Assembly: GCF_004010195.1 (NCBI RefSeq)
Contig: NC_057750.1
Span: forward strand, 15,601,821-15,665,820
Direction: 5' to 3'
From: Chiloscyllium plagiosum
Taxonomy: Eukaryota
Length of the DNA: 64,000 nucleotides
Shown: positions 37,670 to 50,106 of the stretch, piece by piece
How positions within the stretch are numbered: the first letter of the stretch is position 1
Layout: every line of letters begins with the position of its first letter
Notes under the pieces: model-generated
What the model was told of the DNA's origin: nothing
The model's input: only the letters and a program-made list of their open reading frames with translations
The model's database searches: none
Made by a program: the position numbers and the translations under genes

Positions 37670-40160
37670 TTATAGAGTCACACAGTCATACAACATAGAA
37701 ACAGACCCTTCAGTCTAACCAGTCCAAGACAACTATAAGACCATAAGACATAGGAGTGGGAGTAAGGCCATTTGGCCCATCAAGTCCACTCTGCCATTCA
37801 ATCATAGCTGATGGGCATTTCAACACCACTTACCCATATTCTCTCCGTAGCCCTTAATTCCTTGCGAGATCAAGAATTTATCAATCTCTGCCTTGAAGAT
37901 ATTTAACATCCCAGCCTCCACTGCGCTCCGTGGCAATGAATTCCAAAGTCCCACCGCTCTCTGCCTGAAGAAATGTCTCCTCGTTTTCACTCTAAATTTA
38001 CACCCTCTAGTTCTAAGGCTGTGCCCATGCATCCTAGTATCCCTGCCTAATGGAAACAAATTCCCAGCTTCCACCCTTTCTAAGCCATGCATTATCTTGT
38101 AAGTTTCTATTAGATCTCCTCTCAACCTTCTAAACTCTAATGAATACAATCCCAGGATCCTCATCCGTTCATCGTATGTTAGGCCTACCATTTGTGGGCA
38201 GCACGGTGGCACAGTGGTTAGCACTGCTGCCTCACAGCGCCAGAGACCCGGGTTCAACTCCTGCCTCAGGCGACGCTCTGTGTGGAGTTTGCACATTCTC
38301 CCCGTGTCTGCGTGGGTTTCCTCCGGGTGCTCCGGTTTCCTCCCACAATCCAAAAATGTGCAGGTTAGGTGAATTGGCCATGCTAAATTGCCCGTAGTGT
38401 TAGGTGAAGGGGTAAATGTAGGAGTATGGGTCTGGGTGGTATACGCTTCGGCGGGTCGGTGTGGACTTGTTGGGCCGAAGGGCCTGTTTCCACACTGTAA
38501 GTAATCTAATCTAATCATTCCAGGGATCATCCATGTGAATCTCTGCTGGACATGCTCCAGTGCCGGTATGTCGTTCCTGTGGTGTGGGGCCCAGAAGTGG
38601 ACACAGTATTCTAAATGGGGCCTAACTAGAGCTTTATAAATTCTCAGTAGCACATCGCTGCTTTTACATTCCAACCCTCTTGAGATAAATGACAGCATTA
38701 CATTTGCTTTCTTAACCACGGACTCAACCTGCAAGTCAACCTTTAGAGATTCCTGGACTAGCACTCCCATATCCCTTTGTACTTTGGCTTTATGAATTTT
38801 CTCACCATTTAGAAAATAGTCCATGCCTGTATTCTTTTTTCCAAAGTGCAAGACCTTGCATTTGCTCACGTTGAATTTCACCAGCCATTTCTTGGACCAC
38901 TCCTAAACTGTCTAAATCTTTCTACATCTTCCCCACCTCCTCAGAACTACCTGCCTGTCCGCCTAACTTCATATCATCTGCGAACTTTGCCAGAATGCCC
39001 CCAGTCCCCTCATCCAGATCATTAATATATAAATTGAACAGCTGTGGCCCCAACACTGAACTCTGGGGAACACCACTTGTCACTAGCTGCCATTCCGAAA
39101 AATAACCTTTTATCCCAACTGTCTGCCTTCTGTCAGACAGTCGATCCTCAATCCATGCCAGTAGCTCCTCGAACACCATGGGCTCTCACCTTACTCAGCA
39201 GCTTCCCATGAGGCACCTTGTCAAAGGTATTTTGTAAATCTAGGTAGATAACATCCACTGGGTTTCCCTGGACTAACCTACTTGTTAACTCTTCAAAGAA
39301 TTCTAACAGGTTTGTCAGGCACGACCTATCCTTACTAAATCCATACTGACCTTGTTCTAATCTGACTCTGCACTTCCAAATCTCATCCTTAACGATGGTT
39401 TCTAGAATTTTACCTACAACTGAGGTTAGGCTAATCAGCCCATAATTTTCCATCTTTTATCTTGATCCCAAGACTATAATCCCAAACTGAATTAATCCCT
39501 CCAGCCTGTGCTTGGCCCATATCCCTCCAAACATTTCTTATTCATGTACTTATCTAAACGTCTTAAACATTTTAATGACCCACATTCACCACTTCCTCTG
39601 GAAGTTCATTCTACACATGAACCATTCTCTGTGTAAAAAAAAGCCCTCATGTCTTTTTAAAATCTTTTTGCTCTTGCCTTAAAATATGGCCCCTAGTTTT
39701 GAAATCACTCACCCTATAGAAAGACACCTGTTATTCACCTTATTTATACCCTTCATCATTTTTATAAACCTCTTTCAACCTCCTATGTTCCAATGAGAAC
39801 CGTCCCAGCCAATCCAGCCTCTCCTTATAACTCAAACCCTTCATTCCCAGAAACATCCTGCTAAGTCTCTTCTGAACCCTCTCCATCTTAATAATATCCT
39901 TCCTATAGCAGGGCAATCAGAACTGGACTGAGTACTCCAGAAGAGGCCTCACCAACATTATGTACAATCTCAACATAACGTCCCACCTCCTGTACTCAAA
40001 GATCTGAACAATGAAGGCAAGCGTGCTAAATACCTTCTTAACCACCCTATCAATATGTCATGCAAAGAATTATGTACATGAACCCCTAAGTCACTCTATT
40101 CTATAACACTACCTAGGGCCTTGCCATTAATTGTATAAATCCTGCCCTTGTTTGTTTTAC
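37670..40160 (-). mobile_element. Nested CR1 LINEs: inner copy 37739-39472 inserted in the 3' end of an outer copy
   Basis: Inner RT reads [65 protein letters not shown] is duplicated at 37732-37738 and 39473-39479, and the outer tail resumes after it. Confidence 0.9.
38193..38515 (+). mobile_element. Full-length young HE1-type V-SINE
   Basis: Intact A box GGTGGCACAGTGG and B box GGTTCAACTCC, V domain, (TAATC)n tail, CATT duplication, CpGs retained. Confidence 0.92.
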
Positions 40161-40279
40161 TGTTTGGAGAGGCCATGTGTAGTGTGCATGGAATCTTGAG
40201 ATTGAGTTTGAATACACATGGGTAACCCATTTATTACAGATTGCCCAGTCTGATATTCACTAAACCAGTTGCAGATAAA

Positions 40280-40700
40280 AATCTTACAGCATGGAAAGAG
40301 GCCATTTAACCCATTGTCTCTGTGATGGTAGAATAAATGAGCTGTACATTCTAAATCTACTTTCCAGCATCTGGTCTGCAGTCTACAGGTTCCTGTGTTG
40401 CAGGTGCAGATCTCATTCCTTTTCAATAACTTGAGGGTTTCCACTTCAACCACCAAACTCGGCAGTGAATCCCAGGCACCCCTACCACCCTCTGGGAGAA
40501 ATGTTTTCCTCATGTCCTCTCTAATCCTAATACTATTCACAATAAGTCTTTTGCCCCTGATAATTTACCTGTGCAATAGGGGGAAACATGTCTTCCTCAT
40601 CCACTGTATCTAAGCCCCTCACTACTTAGTCAGGCCTCAGCCTCCTCTATTTTAAGGAAAATAGTCCGACTGACCCGTTTCTCCTCATAGCTGCAATTTT
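40280..40700 (-). mobile_element. CR1 LINE 3' fragment
   Basis: EDMRKTF and AWDSLPSLVVEVETL remnants plus tail. Confidence 0.65.
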
Positions 40701-41164
40701 CAGGGATGTGTGTCAGACAGTCTGCTGTCACAGAAACCCCCTCCTTATTTTTCTGCTGTCCCTTGGCCCAACCCACCCATCTCCAATCACTCTTTTCTTC
40801 TCTATACTCAATATTCCTTACTCCCAACTAGAATAGTTATTCAGTGAATATTAAGCTGTCACTGAGCAGAAAGGTACAGAAATGTCTGATGCTGAAGGCA
40901 AGGCACTACACAGCCCTGTGCTCAGGATGGAGGTGGATGAAGAGAGAGTGTGGAAAACTTTTACACTATTTGAGGAAGGTTTGGAGTCTGCGTCATTGGC
41001 AGGAAGTAGCCCTGGAAATGGCAAGGTGGTGACTAACATCCTCAGTATCTTTATTTAAATTAATTTATCATTCACGTCAAGGGCATAAATTAGAACCTAG
41101 TTCGCTACAGGATTAATTCAATCAAAACAAATTCACAGAGAAAAAGAAGTCTTACAGTGGCTAC

Positions 41165-41285
41165 AAGAGTGTCGAGTGGTACAGTGCTATTGTTCCTACT
41201 GTTGGGCCAGAAGATCCGAGTTCAAGACCCACCTGTCCTGGACATGTGTCATAACATATCTGACAGTTTGATTAAAAATATCTAT
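41165..41285 (+). mobile_element. Short tRNA-derived SINE; related copies at ~12205-12330(-) and 52795-52910(-)
   Basis: GGCCAGAAGATCCGAGTTCAAGACCCACCTG (B box) followed by TTGATTAAAAATAT; three dispersed copies in the window. Confidence 0.55.
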
Positions 41286-42619
41286 GGTGCTTCTCCCTTC
41301 TTTTGTTTCATCCTTCCTCTCCCTATCACATTCCCAGAATCTGTCTGTTAAATTAAGGCAATCCCAATTTATTTGAGGCCCTTCCAGAGTCTATACCTGG
41401 CTTATTCCATTCAGATCTTAATACAGAGAGACACCCTGGGGATATATGATATGGATGGAGAATAATTTGAAAAAGCTGAGATGGACTTTGAGAAATGCTT
41501 GGTTGGTGATAAAGAAGATAAGAATGCTTATGTGTACATTGGAATTCAAATGAATGATGAAGATGTTGGTACAGAGATTCTGTTTAATTTGTCTGTAAGG
41601 TTATGTACTGGGTGGAGAAGAACCGGAGAGAGTGAGATAGAGAGAGGTGGATGTAGCGACGGATAGAAAGAATTGGCTGATTGGGAGATGTTTGGAGAGA
41701 TGGTTAGAGAGATAAAGAAGATGGAGAGATGGACTGGAGAAATGAATAGATGGATTGAGAAATGGTTAGAAGGGTGGACAGTGAGTTTGAAACAGACAAA
41801 ACATAAAAAGTGCTGAAGAAACTCAACAGGTCTGGCAGTATCTGTGGAGAGACCAACAGAATTAACATTTTAAGTCTAAAATGATTCTGACAAATGGATA
41901 GAGGGATGTGAAGAAAGCAAAAGAATTATGTTTCTTGTGCCTTCTTTGAATTTATGGGAGCTTGGGTAACCTAGAGTTCGACAATTGTTTTCTCCATAGA
42001 GACGCTTTGGCCAATCAGAGTCGCCCTGTTGTTCTGATAACTTGAAATGTGGTATTCTTGCATCTGTCCTGATAAGTACAAGATAAGCTGCATCAGCAAC
42101 ATGTCCCACTCCTCAGCAATGTTAACGTTATTGAAAATTGCGGTTGGCAAGTGCAGGCTTCTGATGACGATACAAAAGGAACAAGTCATCAAAAATCAAA
42201 ACATAGTTTTAGACATTCAATAAAACAACAATAAAATATAAAATAACCCAAAGATTGCGCAAAACTAAAAAGCTCTGCATTTGTGTTTTGTCGTAAAGTT
42301 CATAGAGCATGTGTTATCTGATTGAGTTCGTTACATTCTCCATGATTTACGTACTATTTAGAAGTTTTATGAAATGAAGAACTGACCTGTCTTTTAATCT
42401 ACTCTTTCTTGATTTATTTGGCAAAATTTCTGATTAATTCCATCACACATTTACTTCTGTGTGGCTGTGGCAAGAGATAGTGGCGATGGGAGATGGGTTA
42501 TATGAGTTTGATGGCCTGCCAGACAGAACATCAAACATGGAAACAAAGTTTACGAAGATCCAGACAATTGTTCGCCCTTCCCTTCTGCTCCCTGTCACAA
42601 CAATGTCAAATGAAGGAAG

Positions 42620-43000
42620 TGATGTCTATAAAAGCAACAATATAACATCCTGAAAGGATTTGACAGGGTGCTGAAAGAATTATTCCCCCTGTGGGAAGGA
42701 CTTGAAATAGGGGAAAAGGTTTAAAAATGATGGGTCTATAACTTAAGATGGAGTGGATGAGAATTTTTTCTCTTTTAGGGTTGAGAGTTTGTGGAATTCT
42801 CTTCCCAGATAAAGTGGAGGCAGAATCAATGAATGTTCTTAAGGCGGCTGTGGATAAGTTCTTGACGAGCAAGTGAATCAGTGCTAGATGGAACTATGGA
42901 GTTGAGGCCACATTCAAATCAGCCATGATCTCATTGAATGATTGAAAATGTTTGAGGGACCAAATGGCCTACTGCTACTCCTAATTCATATGTTTATATC
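42620..43000 (+). mobile_element. CR1 LINE 3' fragment
   Basis: LWNSLPDKVEAESMNVLKAAVDKFL-type remnant and tail. Confidence 0.7.
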
Positions 43001-43282
43001 CCCAGAAAAAAAAACTACAGTCTTACCAGGGCCATCTTCAAACTGTAATAGAGTTAGATCTGTATCTTCAGGTTACAACAGAGGCATTGGAAAATAGCAT
43101 GAAACAATCAGGAATGAGCCCTCAGTCTGTCCCACCATTCATTTAGATAAATAATCACCCGTAGCTGAATTTCTTTGATCCATACACCTTAATACCCTTG
43201 CCTAACAAATCTCAGTTTTGAAATTTTCAACTACCTTGGTTCCAGCAGATTTTAGGGGGAAAGATTTTCTGATACTTAGTTC

Positions 43283-43502
43283 TGGTATCATTCCCCCATT
43301 TATGATCGTCCAATTTACAAATGCTCGTACTTAACGAATGTGATCCCATATAGTGTGTAATTTTAAATATCTGACATATGAACATTTATTGTGCTTACAA
43401 ACTACTATTTTATATTGTCCTACATTGTGTTCCAACTTGCGTACAAATTGATTTGCGAACAGGCTGAAGGATGTAACTTGTTGCAATCTGGGGACTGCCT
43501 CA
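43283..43502. mobile_element. Tigger/pogo-like MITE remnant
   Basis: The right end CTGGGGACTGCCT resembles Tigger-type TIRs; the left end TTCCCCCATTTATGA is decayed. Confidence 0.35.
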
Positions 43503-44556
43503 GAAGTATATTTTGCACCTTCTATTTGCTTATAATTATGTGAAGACTTGAACTGTTTGCAGTTCTCCAACTATGATCTAAGCAATGTCCAGTCACAAAA
43601 GCTTTCCCTGTACCAGGAGAGAGAGCTATACGTGTAGTCCAGGTGAGGCTATACCAGGAAAGAGAGCTATACCAGGAAAGAGAGCTATACCTGTGCTCCA
43701 GGTGTACCTGTATTAGGAGACAAAGCTATACCTGTACTCCAGGTGTGGCTGTCCCAGAGATTAAATATTCCCTCCTGGTATTCTCACTTTTGCAATTCTG
43801 TAAGTGTATTTCTGAGCCAGCTGCTGTGACACATTGCATGGATTGGCAGGAATGTCAATAGCAGTATCCAGTCTCATTGTCTGAGAAAAATCAAGTCCCA
43901 AAAAACAATGGTTGACCTTTACCGAGGAGGGGATGTGGGCTCCAAATGCTGGCGTGTGGGAAAGGAGTGAATAATTCACTCAGTGGACAAGCCTGGGAGT
44001 GAATAAAGCTCCTTCTTTCAGCTGATTTGTACACCCAATGGAATTCAGTTCCTCGTGTTTATGAGTGGGAGAGTGCTGCTTGGAGCACTCTGTAAATTCT
44101 TCAACTGTTTTAATTATAAGTATGAAAGTGTATGGGGAATGAACAGGGAATGATACGAAACCAGATATTTGAGCTGAAGTAAAAGACCAGGCTATTTAAT
44201 CCTAATTAACACCGAATACTAATCACCCTTTACCCCTCTAATCAGTGACGCAGGTTGGCTCCTCATTAAGAAACATGATTATAAAATGATTATCCTTATT
44301 TATCTCCAACCCCACAACCCTCCAAGATCTATGCATTTCTCCAATTCTGGCCTCTTGCACATCTTCGATTTAATTGTGCCTCCAGTTGACTGGACTCCAA
44401 GCTCTGGAATTCCTTCCCTAAGCCTCTCCACCTCTCTCTTCAGATGCTCCTTAAAACCAATCTCTTTGACCAAGCGTTTTGGTCAACTACCCTAAAACTA
44501 TTACCATATTTGGCTCAGTGGTGGTTTGGTCTGGAACATTCCTTGATTCCAGATGT

Positions 44557-44745
44557 GGGGCGGCATGATGGCTCAGTGGGTGGCACTGCTGCCTCACAGT
44601 GCCAGGGACCCAGGTTCGATCCCACCTTTGAGCAACTGTCTCTGTAAAGATTGCACACTCTCCCTCTGTCTGCATGAGTTTCCTCCGGTTTGCTCCCACC
44701 ATCCAGAGATGTGCAGGTTAGATGGATTAGACATGGGAATTGTTC
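44557..44745 (+). mobile_element. HE1-type V-SINE 5' part
   Basis: GATGGCTCAGTGG...GGTTCGATCCC...GATGTGCAGGTTAG. Confidence 0.75.
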
Positions 44746-44779
44746 AAAGGTATTGTCTTTAACTGGTATAGAAACCATC

Positions 44780-45500
44780 ATAGAGTAATAAAGAATGGAA
44801 ATAGGCCCTTCAGCCCAAACTGGTCCATGCTGACCATGGTGCCCACTCAGCTAGTTCTAATTGCCTGCATTTGGTCCATATCCCTCTAAACCCTTCCCAT
44901 CCATGTGCCTATCCAAATGTCTTTTAAATGTTACTGTCGTACCTGCCTCAACCATTTTCTCTGGCAACCCATTCCGTATATACACCACTCTCTGCATGAG
45001 GAAGTTGCCCCTCAGGTCCTTCTTGAATCTTCCCCATCCCACCTTAAACCTGTGCCCTCTCATATTCAATTCCCCAGCCCTGGGAAAAAGACTATATGCA
45101 TTCATCCTATCTATGCCCCTCATGATTTTATATACCTGAAAAAGGTCACCCCTCATTCTCCTACATTCCAAGGAATAAAGTCCTATCCTGGCCAACCTCT
45201 CCCTATAACTCAAGCCTACTAGTCCTTGCAATATTCTCATATTTAAACTGGAAAGAGTGCAATGAAGATTTATGTCTTTCCTATGACAGGGTGACCAAAA
45301 AGACTGTACATAATAGTCCAAGTGCGGCCTCACCGGCAACTTATAAACTGTAACATGAAGTCCCAGCTCATATACTCAGTGCCTCGACTGATGAAGGCCA
45401 GCAAGCTAACTGCCTTCTTCACCATCCTGTCTAGCTGTGATGCTGCTTCAAAGTACTATGTACTTGTACTCATAGGTCCCTCTGTTCCATCTCATAGCCC
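44780..45500 (-). mobile_element. CR1 LINE 3' fragment
   Basis: VRPHLDYYVQ...LSYRERLARIGLYSLECRRMRGDL...FKRHLDRHM. Confidence 0.9.
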
Positions 45501-46224
45501 ACTGAATTCTCAATGTTTTGTGTATGTGTCATAGTTGCAGTGGTATAACTACAGTATATGGCAATGAGACTAAGATAACCTCTCTGCTTTGAATTCCATC
45601 CATCTAGAAGTTAAGTTCCGTGCTTTGTAGGCTTTATTTTAAAGGTCTCGTTAACCTAATGATTTATGTCTCTATTCTATCGGAGCCATCTACCTCATTT
45701 AAACACACAGACAGAAATTTCCCAGCTGAATGGAAGAAGATGGCGTGTGTGAATTCTAGAATTATTTTGCAAATCAAAGTGTCTCCTGCCACTACACTGC
45801 CAGCTGGTACCATTGACACATTAAAGTGCGGATGAGTTGGAACCCAGTGCCAACCTTCTTCTTGTCCACAATGCCACTGATGTCTAAGGAACTCCCAACA
45901 GCTTCACTCCACACACTTCAAGTGTTGTCTTCAGTGGCCCACTTCCTCGCTACACTTGACTCTTTTCTCGGTGTCCATCCTCCCTCCCTCCTCCCTCTGT
46001 TCTGTTCAGTGCCCCGCCAGATAATCTGATTGCGCCAATCTCTGAATCGCCTGCCCCATTCTGACTTGCTGCCTTGCTCCCTCTCACTCCCACGGACAGT
46101 GACCACTGAGGCAGCATGGCAGAGAAGAGTGAGAAAGAGACTCTGCGAGATTGGGAGCAGTGTGGACATGTGTTGGAAGCAGTGCTGTGAACAAATTGCA
46201 ATCACAGGATTTTAATTTGTGTAA

Positions 46225-46522
46225 TCATAGCATTCCTACAGCATGGAAATGGATATTCAGCCCATCACATCCACACTGACCTGCCGAAGAGCTTCCCACT
46301 CAGACCCAGCCCATCCCTGTAACCCTGCATTTCCCATGCTAATCCATTTAACCAACACATCCCTGGGTAATCTAGCATGGCCAATCCACCTAACCTGCAC
46401 ATCTTTGAACTGTGGGAGGAAACTGGAGTAGCCAGAGGAAACCCACACAGACAGTCACCCGAGGGTGGAATCGAACTTGGGTCCCTGGGGCTGTGAGGCA
46501 GCAGTGCTAACCACTGTGCCAC
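46225..46522 (-). mobile_element. HE1-type V-SINE
   Basis: Reverse-complement A/B boxes and V domain. Confidence 0.8.
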
Positions 46523-47484
46523 ATAGTTTACAATGAATTGCACATAATGTAAGACCATAAGGAATAGGAACAGGAATGGACCATTTGGCCCATTGAGCCT
46601 GCCCCAACATTCATTACGATCATGGCTGACCTCAACTCCATTTTCCCGCCGAGTCCGCCTATCTCTGGATTCCCAGAAAGAGCAGAAATCTGTCTGTCTC
46701 GTCCTTAGGTATATTCAAGGATGAGGCATCAAAAACTTTCAACCTATCAAGCCCCTTTGTAATCTTATACGTTTCTATTCTTATAACCTGGAGGACCTAA
46801 TTTACTAAACATCTCACCATAGGGCAATCCTTTTATCCCAGAGATCAATTTATTAAGCCTTCATTTTACTACCTCCAATGGAAGCTTATGTAATAACATA
46901 TGTACTAGGAGCAGGAGGAGGCATTTGAGCCCCTCTAGCCTGCTGCAGCGTTTAATAGGATCATGGTTGCTCTCTGTGCCTGTGATTTTTCTTCTACTTA
47001 ACTCCTGCTTGGTTCCTTTTACTTAAGGAGATGCCTGTGTGTTTATTGAGGGTGGAGAGGTCCATGCAATTGAGAAGTCCAACTGTACTAGTGTCCTCTA
47101 GGCACCCTCATCCATGACAGTCAGGATAGCTAAACCTGGAACTACAGCCTGACCTCCACTATATTTCTCTGGAGATTTAGGCTCTCTTCATCTTCAGTGA
47201 AAAAAGGCTGAGATTTCGAAGGCTAGTTTCAATGAAGCTAATTGTTAGGGATGTAGGGTAAACATTTGATCAGGTTGACTGCGAGATGATGGTGTAAGAG
47301 GGCTGTGGTCGAGGGAGTGTGTGATGGAAATTTGAGGAGGAGGCTGGAGAGAAAGGAGTAGCTTTGAGAATGTGTTTAAATCAGAGGAGAGTTATGAAGG
47401 TGAATGCCCGGCTGGCTGCCAGCTGACCATTGCTGGACACTGACCTTGTGAGACTTTAGGAGGTCACTGAACTTTTTCCTGCAC

Positions 47485-47625
47485 TGGGCCCACACTTTAT
47501 CATACCAGGGCACACTCATCATACCTAGGCACACACTTTATCACACCTGGGCATACTTCCTCACACCTGGGCATCAAACTTCATCACACCTAGGCACACT
47601 CATCACACTTAGGCACAATACTTGA
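47485..47625 (+). repeat. ~20 bp degenerate minisatellite
   Basis: About 7 CACACTCATCACACCTGGG-like units. Confidence 0.65.
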
Positions 47626-48434
47626 TTAGGCTTTAGCATATTCGTCTCATCTGGGTACCATACTTCTTCATATCTGGCATGTTTCACACCTGGGCACCAT
47701 GTATAGCTGTATCTGCTTGGTGAGGCTGCTTGGCTTCCTCTTGCTGCCTGAGTAAAGAGGACATATGTGTTCCCTCAAGGCAGTAATTGCCCAGAGAGGG
47801 GCCTGTGAACCAGTGGGCGGGCCGAATGGACATAGGGATTGTAGATCTTCCATGTCTTCCATCCATACTGTTGTTCCCTCATTCCAACTGGGTTTTAATC
47901 TCTGCTGCCAATATGAGTGCTGTTAGAGTACTTTTAAATCACCTTCTCTCACTGATTGTTTAGGTTCATTGTCCTGCCCATTCGCCTGTCTGATTAGTGG
48001 GACAGTAATTAAACAGTTATGTTACCAACTGGAAAATGGTCCCTGTTCCCTCAGGGACAAAATGTGAAGATTCTGCTCTTGTTTCCAAGGAGTGTGTGAC
48101 TCACTTATTCAAAATACATAAAACACAATTTTTCTTTTATTCACTTATGAAATGTGGCCCAACTGCTGGCTGGGCCATTGTTTATTCCCTGTCTCAGGTT
48201 GCCCTTGAGAAGGTGGTGGTGAGCTACTCTCTGAACTGCTGTAGTCTTGTCAATTTTACCCCAATGCTATAATTGAATTAACATCTTCCTATATGTTGCC
48301 ACAGTCCTCCTCTGATTTAACTATTTCTTTCGATTTGGTGTCATCCACAAATTTTGAAATTATGCTTTCAATTCTGTGGTCTAATTTATTTATGTAAATG
48401 ATGAACATAGGGAGGTACTGGCAGTAATGTCACT

Positions 48435-48564
48435 TGTCGAGATGAAGGGCTTCGGCCCGAAACGTCAATTCTCCTGCTCCTCGGATGCTGTCTGACCTGC
48501 TGTTCTTTTCCAGTAACACACTCTTGACTCTGATCTCCAGCATCTGCAGACCTCACTTTCTCCT
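48435..48564 (+). mobile_element. PLE terminus with hammerhead-like motif, inserted in a SINE
   Basis: GATGAAGGGCTTCGGCCCGAAACGTC. TSD AGTAATGTCACT at 48423-48434 and 48565-48576. Confidence 0.8.
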
Positions 48565-49165
48565 AGTAATGTCACTGGCCTTAGGCTTATGTTCTAATAT
48601 ATGTTCAAATCCCAGATGGCAGATGGTAATAAAAGCTTGTCTGATTGTCACTAAACAACTGTTGATTTCCATGTTTTTTTTAAAAAGCATCTAATTTCTC
48701 AATGTCCTTTCGGGAAGGAAATCTGCCATCCTTAGCAGGTCTGGCCTGCACATCTCCACAGCCACACCATGTGATTTACTCCCAACTATCCTCTAGGTAA
48801 TAAATGCTGGCCTGGTCTTCGATACCCACATTTAAAAAACCCAGTAATGGTCTCATCACTGATCCTTATGAGCCATGACTTGCTATCATTTACCTAATCT
48901 GAATAGCTCTGCTTAATAGCTTTCTCTGCATGTTGTTTTGTAGCTGCCAGTTGCCATCTGTTCTGCCACTTAGCGTTTGACTCTGTTGTATAAGACAGTT
49001 AGTACCTAAAAGGGCTAACTAACACCATGAGATTAGCTCCACCTAGTGCATTAAAAAGGACCTTCCCTGTTAGCTGTCTCTAAACTAAACCAAGGAACTG
49101 CGGATCTGAAGTAGCAACAGACGTTGCTGGAGAAACTCAGCAGGCCTGGCAGAGAAAGCCAAGTT

Positions 49166-49195
49166 AACATTTCAAGTCCAGTGACTCTTCTTCAG
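49166..49195 (-). ncRNA. Minimal hammerhead-ribozyme-like motif (PLE-associated); activity unproven
   Basis: The minus strand reads CUGAAGA-A-GAGUC-ACUG-GACUU-GAAA-UG-UU. Confidence 0.5.
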
Positions 49196-49275
49196 GACAA
49201 AGAACTCTCAAGTATCTCAGGTATAATGTAACTAGCTATTACGTATTACATTAGAAACCTGTACCATTTATCAAG

Positions 49276-49539
49276 AACAGAAATTACTGGCAAAACTCAA
49301 CAGGTCTGGCAGCATCTACATGGAGAAAGCAAAGTGATTGCTTGAATCCGATGGCTTTGATCGAGACTGACCCAGAGTAATCCAGTCTGACCCTCGTTAA
49401 CTGAATCTGATGAAGAGTCACCAGACTCAAAATGTTAACTCTGCTTTCTTCCAAGAGTTGCTGCCAGACCTGCGGAGTTTCTCCAGCAATTTCAGTTTTT
49501 GTTTCAGATCTCCAGCATCTTCAGTTCTTTGTTTTATTT
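49276..49539. mobile_element. Foldback PLE-derived element with a perfect 14-bp TSD
   Basis: TSD TACCATTTATCAAG at 49262-49275 and 49540-49553. Internal CTGATGA-A-GAGTC-ACCA-GACTC-AAAA-TGTT at 49407-49436. Confidence 0.8.
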
Positions 49540-49842
49540 TACCATTTATCAAGCCTCAGCTGTTGTCAGCCAAAGACATCAAGTGGGCGCCAATCCCCAC
49601 CTGGTTTCAGTAACTTAGACTAACAGCAAGAAGAAGGATTGGTGGCAATGAATCTACCCCTCTGTTAGGCCTGAGGGGCAGACAGCAGAACAAGATCCAA
49701 GGGAACGGGGAAGAGGGGTTGTGGAACTATGTGACCTCCATTGCTGCTTCTGAACTTGCAACCCCAAAATTTTAGCTTGTAACCCCTCTTGAGGTCCAGC
49801 CGTCTAATTTGAAAAACATAGGCTGAAGTCATTTGATACAGT

Positions 49843-50106
49843 AGGTGAAAGTGAGGACTGCAGATGCTGGAGATCACAGTCAAGATTAGAGTGGTGCTGG
49901 AAAAGCACAGCAGATCAGGCAGCATCAAAGGAGCAGGAGAATCGTGTTTCAGGCATAAGTCCTTCACTAGGGGCTTATTCCTGATAAAGGGTTTATGCCT
50001 GAAATGTCGACTCCCATGCTTCTCGGATGCTAACTGACCTGCTGTGCTTTTCCAGTGCTACCCTTTTCGAATTTGACTCTCCAGCATCTTTGGTCCTCAC
50101 TTTCTC
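49843..50106. mobile_element. Foldback PLE-derived element
   Basis: Two full inverted termini around CCTGATAAAGGGTTTATGCCTGAAATGTC. Confidence 0.75.

Noticed and set aside
38193..38270. tRNA gene
   Set aside because: The A/B boxes belong to a SINE head that continues into the V domain and LINE-like tail.
37820..38881. 353-aa host gene
   Set aside because: It is a CR1 ORF2 C-terminus plus an antisense SINE.
42455..42591. Minus-strand exon candidate
   Set aside because: Weak acceptor and donor, and no convincing frame or partner exon.
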